Shown here: one piece after another, positions 19,298 to 20,000 of the stretch | Layout: every line of letters starts with the position of its first letter | Position numbering within the stretch: the stretch's first letter is position 1 | Position numbers and translations under genes: made by a program | Origin: Chiloscyllium plagiosum | Taxonomy: Eukaryota | Assembly (NCBI RefSeq): GCF_004010195.1 | Contig: NC_057719.1 | Span: 83,324,815-83,344,814 of the forward strand | Direction: 5' to 3' | DNA length: 20,000 nucleotides | The notes under the pieces: generated by a model | Databases searched by the model: none | Seen by the model: the letters and a program-made list of their open reading frames with translations, nothing else | What the model was told of the DNA's origin: nothing

Positions 19298-19925
19298 AAA
19301 CACTATCCCTTACTCCCAATTCCTCCGCCTCCTCCACATCGGCTCCCAGGAGGAGTAATTCCACTCCAGAACATCCCAGATTTCAAGGACAGCAAATTTT
19401 CCCTCCCAAGTGGTCAACAATGCACCCCACCCCCACTCCCCGCAGCACCCATGCATCTCCTCCATTTCCCACACCTTCGTCCTTGAACCCCACCCTTCAA
19501 ATCATAACAAGGACAGAACCCCCAGTCCTCACCTTCCACCCACCAACCTCCAGATACAATGCATCATCCCCCGCCATTTCTGCCACCTACAGTCAGACCC
19601 CATTGCCAGAGATATATTCCCCTCACTATCTGCATTCCGCAGGGACCATTCCCTCTGCAACTCCCTCGTTAGGTTAATGAGCCCTCACCAACCCACCCGC
19701 CATATCTGACACCTTCCTCTACCACTAGAAGCGGGGTAAACCTGTACCCACACCTCCTCACCTCAGCTCCAGCCAAGGACGGAAAAGAAATTGCCACATC
19801 CGACACGGATATTCCTGCACATCCAAAAACCTCACCGACTGTGTCGGTTGCTCGCGATGTGATTGCCTCTACAACGGGGTGACAGGACACCAACTCATGG
19901 AACGTTTCGGGGTACATCTCTGGGC
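19298..19925 (+). mobile_element. Penelope-like element (Neptune-like) ORF fragment: RT thumb, linker and start of GIY-YIG
   Basis: IPYSQFLRL, NKDRTP, TNLQIQCIIPRHFCHLQSDP..AFRRDHSLCNSLVR, then CTSKNLTDCVGCSRCDCLYNGVTGHQLMERFGVHL (decayed GIY-YIG); multiple frameshifts and stops. Confidence 0.88.
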
Positions 19926-19935
19926 CTGCTCAGCC

Positions 19936-20000
19936 TACACTCACTCTGCTCCCCGCTCTGGGACACGGCCCACACTCCCCCTGCTCCCCGCTCTGGGACA
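19936..20000. repeat. Start of a 35-bp-period tandem repeat running off the window edge
   Basis: CTGCTCCCCGCTCTGGGACA at 19946-19965 and 19981-20000. Confidence 0.7.

Overview
Eukaryotic, repeat-rich genomic DNA, almost certainly from a cartilaginous fish. This is inferred from HE1-type SINEs and HER1/CR1-type LINE fragments; it is probably a shark. There are no prokaryotic genes, operons or CRISPR arrays. Most of the window is decayed transposable elements: CR1/L2 LINE fragments, several tRNA-derived SINE families, a probable Rex1-tailed non-autonomous element, and at least eight Penelope-like element (PLE) remnants. The PLE ends carry minimal type I hammerhead ribozyme motifs (CUGANGA-stem II-GAAA), two of which keep an intact core (2854-2893 minus, 14919-14951 plus). 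One PLE has inverted terminal arms. Two ~200-bp near-palindromic PLE-derived inserts have target-site duplications and fold back at the hammerhead core. A 2.4-kb 26-bp minisatellite occupies 7162-9580. The unique gaps between repeats hold a chain of phase-compatible minus-strand exons encoding a protein I cannot identify. All repeat family names and gene models come from reading the sequence by eye and need database confirmation.
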